Origin: Okamejei kenojei
Lineage: Eukaryota
Length of the DNA: 64,000 nt
Assembly (NCBI GenBank): GCA_035221665.1
Contig: CM069145.1
Location: forward strand, 7,688,001-7,752,000
Reading direction: 5' to 3'
This document shows positions 48,715 to 61,077 of this stretch, one piece after another. The notes beneath the pieces were generated by a model. It had not been told where the DNA came from, did no database searches, and saw only the letters and a list, made by a program, of their open reading frames with translations. Each line of letters opens with the position of its first letter. The stretch's first letter is position 1. Both the position numbers and the translations under genes were made by a program.

Positions 48715-51045
48715 AAATACATAAATATATAGATACATAGACAATAGGTGCACGAGTGGGCCATTCGGCCCTTCGAGCCAGCACCATCATTCCATGTGAT
48801 TATGGCTGATCATCCAAATCGGTACTCCATTCCTGCTTTCTCCCCATACCCCTTGATTCCGCTAGCCCTAAGAGCTACATCTAACTCTCTTTTGAATGCA
48901 TCCAGGGAATTGGCTTCCACTGCCTTCTGAGGCAGAGAATTCCACACATTCACAACTATCTGGATGAAAATGTTTTTCTCATCTCAGTTCTAAATGGCCT
49001 ACCCCTTATTCTTAAACTGTGGCCCCTGGTTCTGGACTCCTCCAACATTGGGAACATATTTCCTGCACCTAGCGTGTCCAATCCATTAATAATTTTATAT
49101 GTTTCTATAAGATCACCTCTCATCCTTCTAGGTTCCAGTGAATATAAGCCCAGTCACTCCATTCTCTCAGCATTTGACAGACCAGCCATCCCTGGAATTA
49201 ACCTCGTGAACCTACGGTGCACTCCCTCAATAGCAAAAATGTCTTTCCTCAAATTAGGAGACCAAAACTGCACACAATACTCCAGGTGTGGTCTCACCAG
49301 GGTCCTGTATAACTACAGAAGGACCTATTTGCTCCTATACTCAACTCCTCTCGTTATGAAGGCCAACATGCCATTCGCTTTCTTCACTAAATGCTAGTAC
49401 ATGCATGCTTACTTTCAATGACTGATATACAAGGACATCCAGGTCTCGTTGTACTCCCCCTTTTCTTAACCTGACACCATTCAGATAATAATCTGCCTTC
49501 CTTGCCATCAAAGTGGATAACCTCACATTTATCCACATCATACTGCATCTGCCATGCATCTGCCCACTCACCCAACATGACCAAGTTGCCCTGCATCCTC
49601 ATAGCATCCTTCTCACACTTCACACTGCCATGCAGCTGTGTGTCATCTGCAAATTTGCTAGTGTTACTTTTAATTCCTTCATCTAAATCATTAATGTATA
49701 TTGTAAATAGCTGAGTTCCCAGCACCGAGCCTTGCGGCACCCCACTAGTCACTGCCTGCCATTCTGAAAGGGACCCGTTAATCCCTAGTCTTTGTTTCCT
49801 GTCTGCCAACCAATTTTCTATCCATGTCACTACACTACCCCCAATACCATGTGCTCTAAGTTTGCACATTACTCTCCTGTGTGGGACCTTATTAAAGGCT
49901 TTCTGAAAGTCCAGGTACACTACATCCACTGACTCTCCCTTGTCCATTTTACTTGTTACATCCTCAAAAATTCCAGAAGATTAGTCAAACATGATTTCCC
50001 CTTCGTAAATCCATGCTGACTTGGTCCGATCCTGTTACTGCTATCCAAATGTGCCACTATTACATCTTTAATAATCAACTCCAGCATCTTCCCCACCACC
50101 AAAGTCAGGCTAACTGGTCTATAAATCCCTGCTTTCTCTCTCCCTCCTTTCTTAATAAGTGGGATAACATTAACTACCCTCCAATCCACAGGAACTGATC
50201 CTGAATCTATGGAATATTAGAAAATGATCACCAATGCGTCCATGAGTTCTAGAGCCACCTCCTAAAACACCCTGGGATGCAGACCATCAGGCCCTGTGGA
50301 TTTATCAGCCTTCAGTCCCATCAGTCTACCCAACACCATTTCCTGATTAATGTGGATTTCCTTCAGTTCCTCCATTACCCTAGGTCCTCTGTTTCCTAGT
50401 ACACCTGGAAAATTGATTGTGCCTTCCTTAGAGAAGACAAAACCAAAATACCTGTTCAACTCGTTTGCCATTGCTTGTTCCCCATAATAAATTCATCTGT
50501 TTGTCTTCAAGGGACCCACATTTGTCTCAACTATTTTTTTTTTTCTTCTTCACATACTGAACCTGAAGAAGCTTTTACTATCCTCCTTTATATTCTTGGC
50601 TAGCTTACCTTCGTACCTCATCTTTTCTCCCCGTATTGCCTATTTGGTTACCTTCTGTTGATCTTTAAAAGTTTCCCAATCCTCTGGCTTCCCGCTCATC
50701 TTTTCTATGTTATATTTCTTCTCTTATTTATTTTTATACTGCTCTTGACTTTCCTTGTCAGCCACGTTCGCGTATTAGAATCTTTCTTCCTCTTTGGAAT
50801 GAAATGGTCCTGCATCTTCTGGAATATTCCCAGAAATACCTGTTATTGCTGTTCCACCTTCATGCCTGCTAGGGTCCCTTTCCAGTCAACTTTGGCCAGA
50901 TCCTCCCTCTTGCCTCCATAGTCACCTTTGTACACCTGCAATACTGACACTTCCAATTTGACCTTCTCCCTCTCAAATTGCAGGTTAAAATTTATCATAT
51001 TATGATCACTACCTCCTAAAGGTTACTTTACCTTAAGTTCCCTTA
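48715..51045 (-). mobile_element. CR1 LINE ORF2, ~2.3 kb, degraded
   Basis: KADKSTGPDGLHPRV, YRPVSLT, YLDFQKAFNKVPH, GVPQGSVLG and SKFADD. (TCTATG)-like tail. Confidence 0.92.
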
Positions 51046-51049
51046 TCAA

Positions 51050-53140
51050 AATGCTGGAATAACTCAGCTGGACAGGCGGCATCTCTGGGTAGAAGGAATG
51101 GGTGGCGTTTTGGGCCGAGACCCTTATTCAGACTGAATCAGGGGAGAGGGAGGTACAGAGATAAGGAAATGTGAGGTGTGAAAATTAGACAAAGGGGGTG
51201 GAGATCAAGGAAAATGTAGAATAGATCATTGTTAGCTCGGAGGTACACAAAAGGCTGGAGAAACTCAGCGGGTGACAAGAATCTAAGGAGCAAAGGAGAT
51301 AGGCGACGTTTCGGGTCGAGACCCTTCTTCGGGTCGAGACCCTGGTCAGGGATCAGGGAAACGAGAGATATAGACGGTGATGTGGAGAGATAAAGAACAA
51401 TGAATGAAAGATATGCAAAAAAGTATCAATGATGAAGGGAACAAGCCATTGTAAGCTCTTTGTAGTGTGAAAATGAGAAGCTAGTGCGACTAGGGTGGGG
51501 GAGAGAGATAGGGAGAGAGGGAATGCCAGGGCCCGAGGGCTGAGGGAGAGGTGGGGAAGGGAGGAGACAGCAAGGGTTAACAGAATTGAGAAAATTCAAT
51601 GTTCAAGCCCAGAGGATGCAGACTCCCCAAGTGGAATATGAGGTGCTGTTCCTCCAACTTGCGGTGTTGCTCACTCTGGCCGTGGAGGAGGCCCAGCACC
51701 GAGAGGTCGGATACAGAATCGGAGGGGGAGTTGAAGTGCTGAGCCACCGGGAGGTCGGGTTGGTTATTGCGGACCGAGCGGAGGTGTTCGGCGAAACGAT
51801 CGCTAAGCCTCCGCTTGGTCTCACCGATATAGATCATCTGTCATCTGGAGCAGCGGATGCAGTAGATGAGGTTGGAGGAGGTGCAGGTGAACCTCTGTCG
51901 GACCTGGAAGGACTGCTTGGGTCCCTGAAAGGAGTGGAGGGGGGAGGTGAAGGGACAAGTGTAGCATTTCTTGCGGTTGCAAGGGAAAGTGCCCGGGGAA
52001 GGGGTAGAGCGGGAGGGAAGGGAAGAATTGACAAGGGAGTTGCGGAGGGAGCGGTCTTTGCGGAAGGCAGACGGGGGGAGATGGGAAGATGTGGCGAGTG
52101 GAGGGGTCACGCTGGAGGTGGCGAAACTGGCGGAGGACTATGTGTTGTATTTGCCGGCTGGTGGGGTGAAAGGTGAGGACCAGGGGGACTCTGCCCTTGT
52201 TGCGAGTGGGGAATGGGGAGAGAAGGCAGTGTTGCAGGATATGGAGGAGACCCTGGTGTGAGCCTCATCTATAGTAGGGGAGGGGAATCCCCGTGCTCTG
52301 AAGAATGAGGCCATTTGTGATGACCTGGTGTGGAACACCTCATCCTGGGAGCAGATGCGGCGTAGACGGCGGAATTGGGAATAGATCCCTGAATAGGGTC
52401 CTTGCAGGAAGCAGGGTGGGAGGAAGAGTAGTCCAGGTAGCTGTGGGAGTCAGTTGGCTTTGTAGTGGATGTCGGTCAGGAGTGTATCACCTGCAATAGA
52501 GATGGTGAGGTCAAGGAATGGTAGGGAAATGTCGGAAATGGTCCAAGTGTATTTGAGTGCCGGATGGAAGTTGGTGGTGAAATGGATGAAGTCAGTCAGT
52601 TGTGTGTGGGTGCAGGAGGTGACACCAAAGCAGTGGTCGATGTAATGGATGTAGAGGTCGGGGATGGGGCCCTGGTACGCCGAGAACAAGGATTGTTCGA
52701 CGTACCCGACAAAGAGGCAAGCGTAGCTGGGGCCCATGCGTGTGCCCATAGCTCGCCTTGTGTTTGGAGGAAATGGAAGGAGTCAAAAGAGAAGTTATTG
52801 AGGGTAAGGACCAACTCCGCTAGGCGGAGGAGGGTGTCAGTGGACGGGTATGGGTTGCTCCTCTGGTCGAGGAAGAACCGGAGGGCTTTGAGACCGTCCT
52901 GGTGGGGGATGGAGGTGTAGAGTGACTGGACGTCCATGGTAAAGATGAGAGGATGGGGGCCTGGAGAATGAAATGCGCGGAGCCGACGGAGAGTGTCTGA
53001 GGTGACTTGAACATGGGTGGGGAGGGATTTAACAAAGGGGGATAGGATGGACTTGAACATAGGTGGGGAGGGATTTAACAAAGGGGGATAGGATGGTCTT
53101 GAACATAGGTGGGGAGGGATTTAACTTGAACATAGGTGTT
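51050..53140 (-). mobile_element. Penelope-like retroelement, 5'-truncated: RT, GIY-YIG endonuclease and tandem terminal repeats with decayed hammerheads
   Basis: FTMDVQSLYTSIPH, MGTRMGPSYACLF, YIDH (degenerate YIDD), LPFLDL, C..CYTC..NLIYCIRC and IYIGETKRRLSDRFAEH. 46-bp tandem repeats at the 5' junction (~53005-53137). Confidence 0.92.
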
Positions 53141-53539
53141 AGCTCAGAGTTTGGCTTGTTATCACTGAACCTATTTTGTGTTTGTTTTTAAAAAAGACAT
53201 GATTTTGAAAAAGAGCAATACTGAATGCTAAAACTAAGCATTAGCTGATATCCAATGAATTGAAAAAACCTTGAATTCAACTCAGCATGACTTCAGACAC
53301 AATGAAATGCTCGAGTAGATAAAGCTGGGAATTGGATGTCGATATGTGTGTGATCCTTGAATCATAATTAATGAAGGAGGAAATTATTATAAATAATTCA
53401 GCAACTTCTCATTAATGAGTTACTGTTTGCCAGGCCTGATTATTGAATGCTGCTGATGAAATCCTTTCAATTCCATTGGTTTAAAAAAAAACATCTTTTA
53501 AATAATTGAAGGTTAACGTTTTGACGGCACTGCCCTGTA

Positions 53540-53940
53540 CTTGCAGGAGTTTAGAAGGACCAGGGTGGATCTCATTAAAACTTACTGAATAGTGAAAGGC
53601 TTGGATAGAGTGGATGTGGAGAGAGAGGATGTTTCCACTAGTGGCAGAGTCTGGGGCTAGAGGTCTTAAGCTCAGAATTAAAGGACGTTCCTTGCGAAAG
53701 GAGATGAGGAGAAATGTATTTAGTCATAGGGTATTGAATCTGTGGAATTCTTTGCCACAGAAGACTGGAGGCCAAGTCAATGGATATTTTTAAGGCAGAG
53801 ATAGATAGATGTTTGATTAGTACAGGTGTTAGGGGTTATGGGTTGAATGGGGTTAGACGGGAGAGATAGATCAACCAGAGTAGACTTGATGGGCCGAATG
53901 GCCTAATTCTGCACCTATCACTTATGGCCCTATGACCATA
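53540..53940 (+). mobile_element. CR1 3' fragment
   Basis: Close similarity to 32742-33150. Confidence 0.85.
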
Positions 53941-55827
53941 AAAAAGCTTAAACATTTGGCAGCTATTCAGTGTGATTGGAAAATAAAGCTGTAAAGATGA
54001 CAATCCTTAAATTTTATTGAGCCTAATTTTCAACAGTAATGAAGCAAATGTCGTGTTTTCTACATTTTTTTCAAAAATAGATTTGAGATATTTTCGCCAC
54101 CATTATGTCTCTACCCCTGTCTCCATTCCCACTCCAGCACTGAGATAGCATGACACTGAGCCAAGTGGAATAGAAATGACCCAGTTGAATCTGACACTAA
54201 GCTATATCAGTACTGCTGGAATGGCGAGCATTAATTAACTTGTTGGCCAAGTTCCTGTGACAAGTTATCTTTGTGCTATCTCAGCGCAGGTTACATGGAT
54301 TCTCACTGAAATTAATTGGTGCGATGTCCAGCTTCTTCTCCAGCCCTCTATTCGTTAAAATAAAAACCTAGCTTTGCATGGTATCAAAAGAAAATGCTTC
54401 AAACCAATACGCCTCAGAAATAGAGGATGCAAAGAATAAATTAATGAATTAACAATAATCTTATTTGTATTATTAGGTTAGGATTATTACATATGATGTA
54501 CAAATGTATTTATGCAATTATCTGGACATGTAGTGATATGTACTTATTTTTAGACAAAAACTGGCAGACAGTGTATTCATGTTCTGTAGATAAAGATTTG
54601 CTAGTTTATTTAGTATGTACCATGCTAATGCGAACATTTATTTAGCCCCACTTTGGTATTCACACTGCGTTCTGAAAATGGATGCCCTATGTTTTGCATA
54701 TATATATTTCAGATACTTTTTACTTATGCTTTCAGTTGCTTGATATATACAATCCTTTTTTGAAAATAGATTTCTGGGCTTTATTGGAATGAGAATTAAG
54801 TATCAAAACATTTGCTGATGATACAAAACCTGTGAAACTGAGGAGACTGCAAAGGACGCATTCAGGCAATGAAACAGATAAAAGTTGCAATTTACAGTGA
54901 AGAAGTGAGAAATAGTCATCGTGGGAGGAAAACCTGTAATGCAAAAAAGGATACCAGCGGTAAGATAGGATAGAATGCAGATAAATCCTGGGTTCTAAAT
55001 TTCATTGAATGCATGAGCAAGTAGTTTAAATAGAAAATGCAAGCTTATTTTTATTTTTATTAATTTTATGGCCATGGAGAAAATAAAGTAGCAGTGATAA
55101 ATTATGATATATTCCTTTGTCGAATGAACATTGAGTTGCTCTTGCTGGCGACTGCAGATGGTTCTGAATGGAATTGCTCTTATATAGCATGTACCCTGTC
55201 AAACATGAAACCTGCTGACAGATTTGGATCTCCAAATTTGACTCTGATGCTGTCTGAATGTAATGCGCATTTAGAAGTTGTTAAAAACCGGTTACTGCTT
55301 TTGAGGCTGGTAAGGGTCTGGTCCCATCAAAATGGCAATACCAAGGATGGATATGTTTATGTACAGTGTCTCTTAAAGCATATTTAATGTACTCAAAAAT
55401 AATTCTGGTTGATTATATGGGCCATTTATTTCTGTAGTCTGGATGTCCTTACGAAGAGACCGGCAGTTTAATTTTTCTGCATGTAAATCAAGAGGTTTGG
55501 AAAAGTAGTGCACAGAGGATTTTGCTGTGCAGAATGCTTCACAACATAATGCTGGTACAGTAAGATTTGTTCAGTATTGCTAACGGAAGGAGCAATGAGG
55601 GCTGATTGCACATCTTATACACTGCAGAATGCATTGTTCTGTGGTTGTTTACTGGAGTCACGTGGGGCCAGAAACCTCCCCCATTTTTACATTTAACCCA
55701 GAGATAATTATGTACTCACTATGCTTTGAGTTGTGGAATTTATTGGGCTCCTGGAATTTTGCTTTTTAATTTATGTCTTCATTTCTTCCTTATTCCAAGT
55801 GTTGTTTCCATCAGTGATGGAACAGTG

Positions 55828-56195
55828 TTTAAGAAGGAACTGCAGATGTTGGAAAATCGAAGGTAGACAAAAATGCTGGAGAAACTCAGCGGGTGAGGCA
55901 GCATCTATGGAGCGAAGGAAATAGACAACATGGGGGGGGGGGGAGAGTGGGAAGAAGAAAGGAAGAGGAGGAGCTAGAGGGAGAGCTGAGAAGGGGAGGA
56001 GACAGTAAGGACTACCTGAAATTAGAGAAGTCAATGTTCATACTGCTGGGGTACAAACTGCCCAAGCGAAATATGAGGTGCTTCTCCAATTTCCGGTGGT
56101 CTTCACTCCGACCATGGAGGAGGCCCAGGACCGAAAGGTCGGATTCGGAATGGGAGGGGGAGTTGAAGTGCTGAGCCACCGGGAGATCAGGTTGG
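55828..56195 (-). mobile_element. Penelope 3' fragment
   Basis: GIY-YIG tail (DLPVAQHFNSPSHSESDLSVLGL) plus terminal repeat. Confidence 0.85.
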
Positions 56196-56752
56196 TGTGT
56201 TCTATTGATGCATTATATACAAATATAGTTTCTTAGTTAGGTTTTGATTTTATCAGGAAGCATTACCACTTATGCCTACAGAAACCTTAACAGCAAATGT
56301 AATATTCTTATTATGTATGTTGCACATAATTCAATCGGCCAAATTGTACATATGCAAGGTGAATGCTATGGAGCTGCTTCCCCTTCCTTTCTTGACAGAG
56401 CCCTGCTGAGATGTAGTGTGCATTCTCCGCAACTTCAGCCTCTCTGCTGCATTACCTAATCATTGACCTTGGAGAAACTGTAATTGTGGCATGACTGCTG
56501 CCATGCACAAATTAATCATTATTGTTTCACTTTTTAGATCTGTCCCTCAAAACTGAGAAAATACCATTATCTCTTTTCCCTCCCAAGGGCTTGCACTTAT
56601 GGATGATGTACTTTACCCTGAACTCAATTTTCCCAAATCCTGTAGAGCCACTAAAATTCTTTTTTTTTTTTAAATCGCTTTTAAGTGTTTGTGAACACAT
56701 AATTATCTCTGCCACCTTTCTAACCATTCATTTAACTCAAATCTCTTACACT

Positions 56753-56879
56753 GACCAGTTAGACCACAATCTTTTTCCCTGACCAGTCTGAAGAAGGGTC
56801 TCGACCCGAAACGTCGCCTATCTCCTTCGCTCCTTAGATGCTGCTGCACCCGCTGAGTTTCTCCAGCCTTTTGTGTACC
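56753..56879 (+). mobile_element. Short Penelope-derived insertion with an intact hammerhead core (56788-56815)
   Basis: CUGAAGA-A-GGGU(cucg)ACCC-GAAAC-GUC. 10-bp TSD CTCTTACACT (56743-56752, 56880-56889). Confidence 0.8.
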
Positions 56880-59800
56880 CTCTTACACTCCATGTTTGTC
56901 AATTTTTTTGCTTTGGCGATATCAGCAAATTTCACGTTTATGTGGAAATGGATACAGTGGAAGTCAATAGTTGGCTGCACTTTTGCAGAAGAAAGTTAGA
57001 CCCAGCACCGAGCCCAGAATAACCAACCTCTGACCCGGCTTTCCTGCTCTAACTCTGCTCAATTACCGTAACTCACTCCTGATCTTCTCTGTCAACCAAC
57101 TTTTTGTCCATCTGCAATATATACTGATTGTTCCAATATTTGTAACAAATCTCTTGGGTATTGTCGTCTTAACATTTATGAAAATTTGTATGAATTATAT
57201 TCCATGGCAGCCCCCTTTTTTTTGTTTGAGCCAATTTTTATTCATCTTTTTGGGGCCAGATCTTCCAGTGAGTCACCAAATCTAACTAGTGGTCTGACCC
57301 TGATATCAGCACTGTCCCATTTACCATCTTACTTTAAGGAACCAGTTTCCAGTCAGTCAGTGCAGCACAGCACAAATTGTCACTCAATCTCCCTAATAAT
57401 TTTGAGTGTCAGATAATGTCCACTATCAATCCCATGACTTCTAAATTTGAAAACATATGGTTGTGCACACTTAAAAACAATGAATAGAATTAAATGAGAC
57501 GATCTGGAACTTGCTCTGTGACGAGCTGTTTCTTCACATGGATTTCAATGGTCTTGCTACACTTGTGTCAGCCTGAGCCAAGATATTTTCCATTGGAGTC
57601 CAATGGTACAGCCGACACCTGTGGCAAATACTTAACTGGAGAGCAAGGCTGGATGTCAGTCAGTGTATTCATGTGTTATGGGTTGCTGCCCAGTTAAATG
57701 ACTAAAGGTCAGCAGATCTGAGCAGATTTCTTCATGTGATGTTTAACTTGAATGTTAGATTGATTTTGTCCACAACTCATGTTATGTATCTAACCTAAAA
57801 TTGGGCCATCCATCTACTTTCTCAAGCGACGGTGTTACATTTGCCTATGTATCCAAAAATTCTAACCTCCACATATGTTGAGACCATAATTTGCTTTCTC
57901 CATAACTTCCAAATAGTCTTCAGGAGTGCTAATTCCTTTGGTTCAGAAAATGTCTCTTTGAAATGTAAATGGAATAATATTGAATAATGAGGATCATCGC
58001 CGTGCCTTTAATGTCTTCCTGCACCTGTCCGTCACTCTTTTCAATTGTTGTACAAAACTATAGAATGTTGTCACATTCCCCGCTCCCCCAATTCTACATC
58101 CAAATCTGTTCCCACACTAGAGACTGCACACGGTGAGATCTGGAGCAAAATGCAAACTGCCGGAGAAACACAGCGGGTTAGGCAGTACCTGGGGAGGTGA
58201 AAGGACAGTCTACATACAGCCCTGCATGAGGACTCATTAGGATCTGACGCAGGGTCACAAACTGAAATGTTGCTTTCCCTTTATCTCCATAGAGCATTCT
58301 CCTCTATAACCATCAATATCTTTAAACCCTTCCAATATTTTGAAGGCATTGGACCTGACCCTTCATACATCTTGTCGTATGTGTGCCTTTGTTGGAAAGG
58401 GCTATTGCTCTATTCTTTCGCAATCTCTTCCTAACTCCCTTTGCATGCTTTCATTGCTTCTGATGTCATGCTTTTACAGCCTCTGCAAATCTACCCACGA
58501 GATACAGGGCTCTGGTCTTTTTCTTTGTTTAAGCTTTTTAGGATGGTTTGCTGAATTGATGATCTGGTCACTCAATGTATTCTTGTCTGTTCCCTACGGA
58601 TAATCCTACCAGAGATAGCATCTCATCACAGGCAGAGATTTGCTTAAATAGAACATTTTAATCTGAAAGAAGTTAAGGTTTGTTTTGAATGTTATTAATG
58701 CAAATAAAAGTTGTTTTGGCAATATTCATGCATACAGGCATAGTGAACAAAGGTCAATACACAATCAATTCGGATAGATCTACAGAAACAGCAATTTCTA
58801 CCTTTAAGTGTCTGTGTTGGCTGGGGTTTGGGATTATATGACAAAGCGGATATTGGTGTAAAGTGAACTAGCCTGACGATGGAACAGGCAAAGATAAATT
58901 AGTGGGATCCCGAGGAAGGGTTAATGGAGATTTATGAATCATTTCCTTTTTCTACTTAACAACTTGAGATGGTTCCATTATCCCCATTTAGACTGCAGCA
59001 AAATGAAATTATGTAAATTAACTTTAAAGTAATGAATTCCTCTCTAACTTGTATGTTTGTGAACTACCGACGTTGATCTCTGATGATCTTGCAATAATTT
59101 GTATTACTTCATGTAGCAGCCAAGTGGTCAAGGCTGATAAACAGTTTATGGGTGAACTACAGCTCTGCTTCTCTGAGTATGGAGTTAAATCAATGCAAAA
59201 TTTATAACCCAAGGAAGTCCAAAGTAAAGAACAGGAGATTGAATTGCATAGTTTTCCAATGGTGCAGAAGCCTGCAAAGGAAGAATCCGGTTTATGAGCT
59301 GACCTTTTCCACAGATCAGTGTTAATTGTATTTAAAATATTCTATAATGTGGTAAGTTTATCTTTGAAAGCACACCCTGCTCAAGAATAATCCAAAAGAA
59401 CATTGGTTTACTTTTTATCACAAGACCCATGTTTGATTTGAGTTAAATTGATTATTGTGATGGATCACGTTCAAATGTGTGAAATCAAATGATGCAGGGC
59501 TCTCATTTAGTAAATTGTTTGTGGAATACCCAAATGAATTATAAGATTATAATTCCTTTCTATACGTTAGAATACATTTGTCTCATTGTTGAAACCCTTT
59601 CTGGATTACCTTAAAAATCTGGCCAAAGTTCACAGAATTAAAATTTCTCATTTAAATAAGTAAAATCTTGTGTACTTAAAACGTCTGAGATGGAAAGGTA
59701 ACCAGCAAGGGTGGTGCTTTGTACAGGTACCAATAACACTGTTATCTTATAAACAAATATCAATTTAAGGGCCAAATGTACTTGCAAAGATTATAACCCA

Positions 59801-60678
59801 AGGAAGTCCAAAGTAAAGAACAGGAGATTGAATTACATTAAGGCATAAAGATTAGAGCTAGATCTTAAAGATTGCAAAGTCCAGGTTCCTTGCATTGAGA
59901 CAGCAAAGGGAGGAGTGAGCTGCTGAATACATACCTTGAATGATGAGGCAAGAACCATTGCTTTAGGTTGATAGGGATGTGGGACCTGTACACACCTGCA
60001 CAAGCAACTTTGATTAATACCATCACAAGAAGATATTAGTGACATTCAGGAGTATTTAAACTAATTTTTAAATGTGTCTTTGCCCAATTTTAACATAGTG
60101 CTATTCTGAATAATTATAAAATTGATTGAATCAAAATAAGTCTATGTTGTGTATGTGTGTAAAACTAAGTCTATGTTGTTTTAGGTCTTATTTTCAAGCA
60201 TAAAGTTTTTTAATTCTGTAGTAAGATTTAAAGTCAATTCCACAGAAATTATGATGGCACAAGAGATGGAGGACAGGGTTTCTCTAATATAACTTATTTG
60301 TTTAGTTGCACACTTGATCATTTTTAGGTTCGCTGGAAGAAGCACACGTGAATATTTGAGAAATGTCTTTAATAGAGGAAAACAATTGTAGCCGTGCTAA
60401 CAGCCTCTTCTAACACAGTTTGCTTGTTGCATTTGACAAAGCAAGGCGTGGTAATGAGCAGCTCCAACACTATTTTGATGAGGGCGGTTAAAACGTATGG
60501 GGGGGAAAATATTTTTCCTGTATTTCTGTGACAGTTCCAAAAAGTACTTGAGCTGATCCCCAGGTAGTTTTGACAATTAACAGCCTCGTGTCACTTGAAG
60601 TTTGTGCACATTTCATAAAAAGATTTGCAATGTTTAATACGTGACAGGACTACCCATTTTTTCTTTGTTTACATGCAG

Positions 60679-60702
60679 CAAGGACATTTGGGCGAAGAAG
60701 AG
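60679..60702 (+). CDS. CPEB3: CPEB3 24-nt microexon (8 aa, (T)RTFGRRR(G))
   Basis: Polypyrimidine tract plus catgcag| acceptor, CAAGGACATTTGGGCGAAGAAGAG, donor |GTAAAG. Phase 1-1. Homologous to the CPEB2-4 'B region' / CPEB4 microexon ARTYGRRR. Confidence 0.9.
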
Positions 60703-60886
60703 GTAAAGTAATTTTTAATACTCAAGTGTTTGCTTTTCCAATCAAATAACATTTCAGTGCTATACTGGAGTGATTAACAGTTTCCAGTTGCTTTTATTAA
60801 CTTTTGGTGAATTGGTGCAATTTTAATTTACTTTCTTGACCTCTCGGAATTACCTTAAAAGCTAAAGGGAGCATCAAATGGTTTGA

Positions 60887-61077
60887 AGGTAGACAAAAGT
60901 ACTGGAGAAACTCAGCGGGTGAGGCAGCATCTATGGAGCGAAAGAAATAGGCAACGTTTCGGGTCGATACCCTTCTTCAAACCCTTCTTTCGCTCCATAG
61001 AATCTGCCTCACCTGCTGGGTTTTTCCAGCATTTTTGTCTACCTTTGATTTTCCAGCATCTGCAGCTCCTTCTTAAA
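60887..61077. mobile_element. Palindromic Penelope-derived short element
   Basis: Inverted arms. 15-bp TSD CATCAAATGGTTTGA (60872-60886, 61078-61092). Confidence 0.85.
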
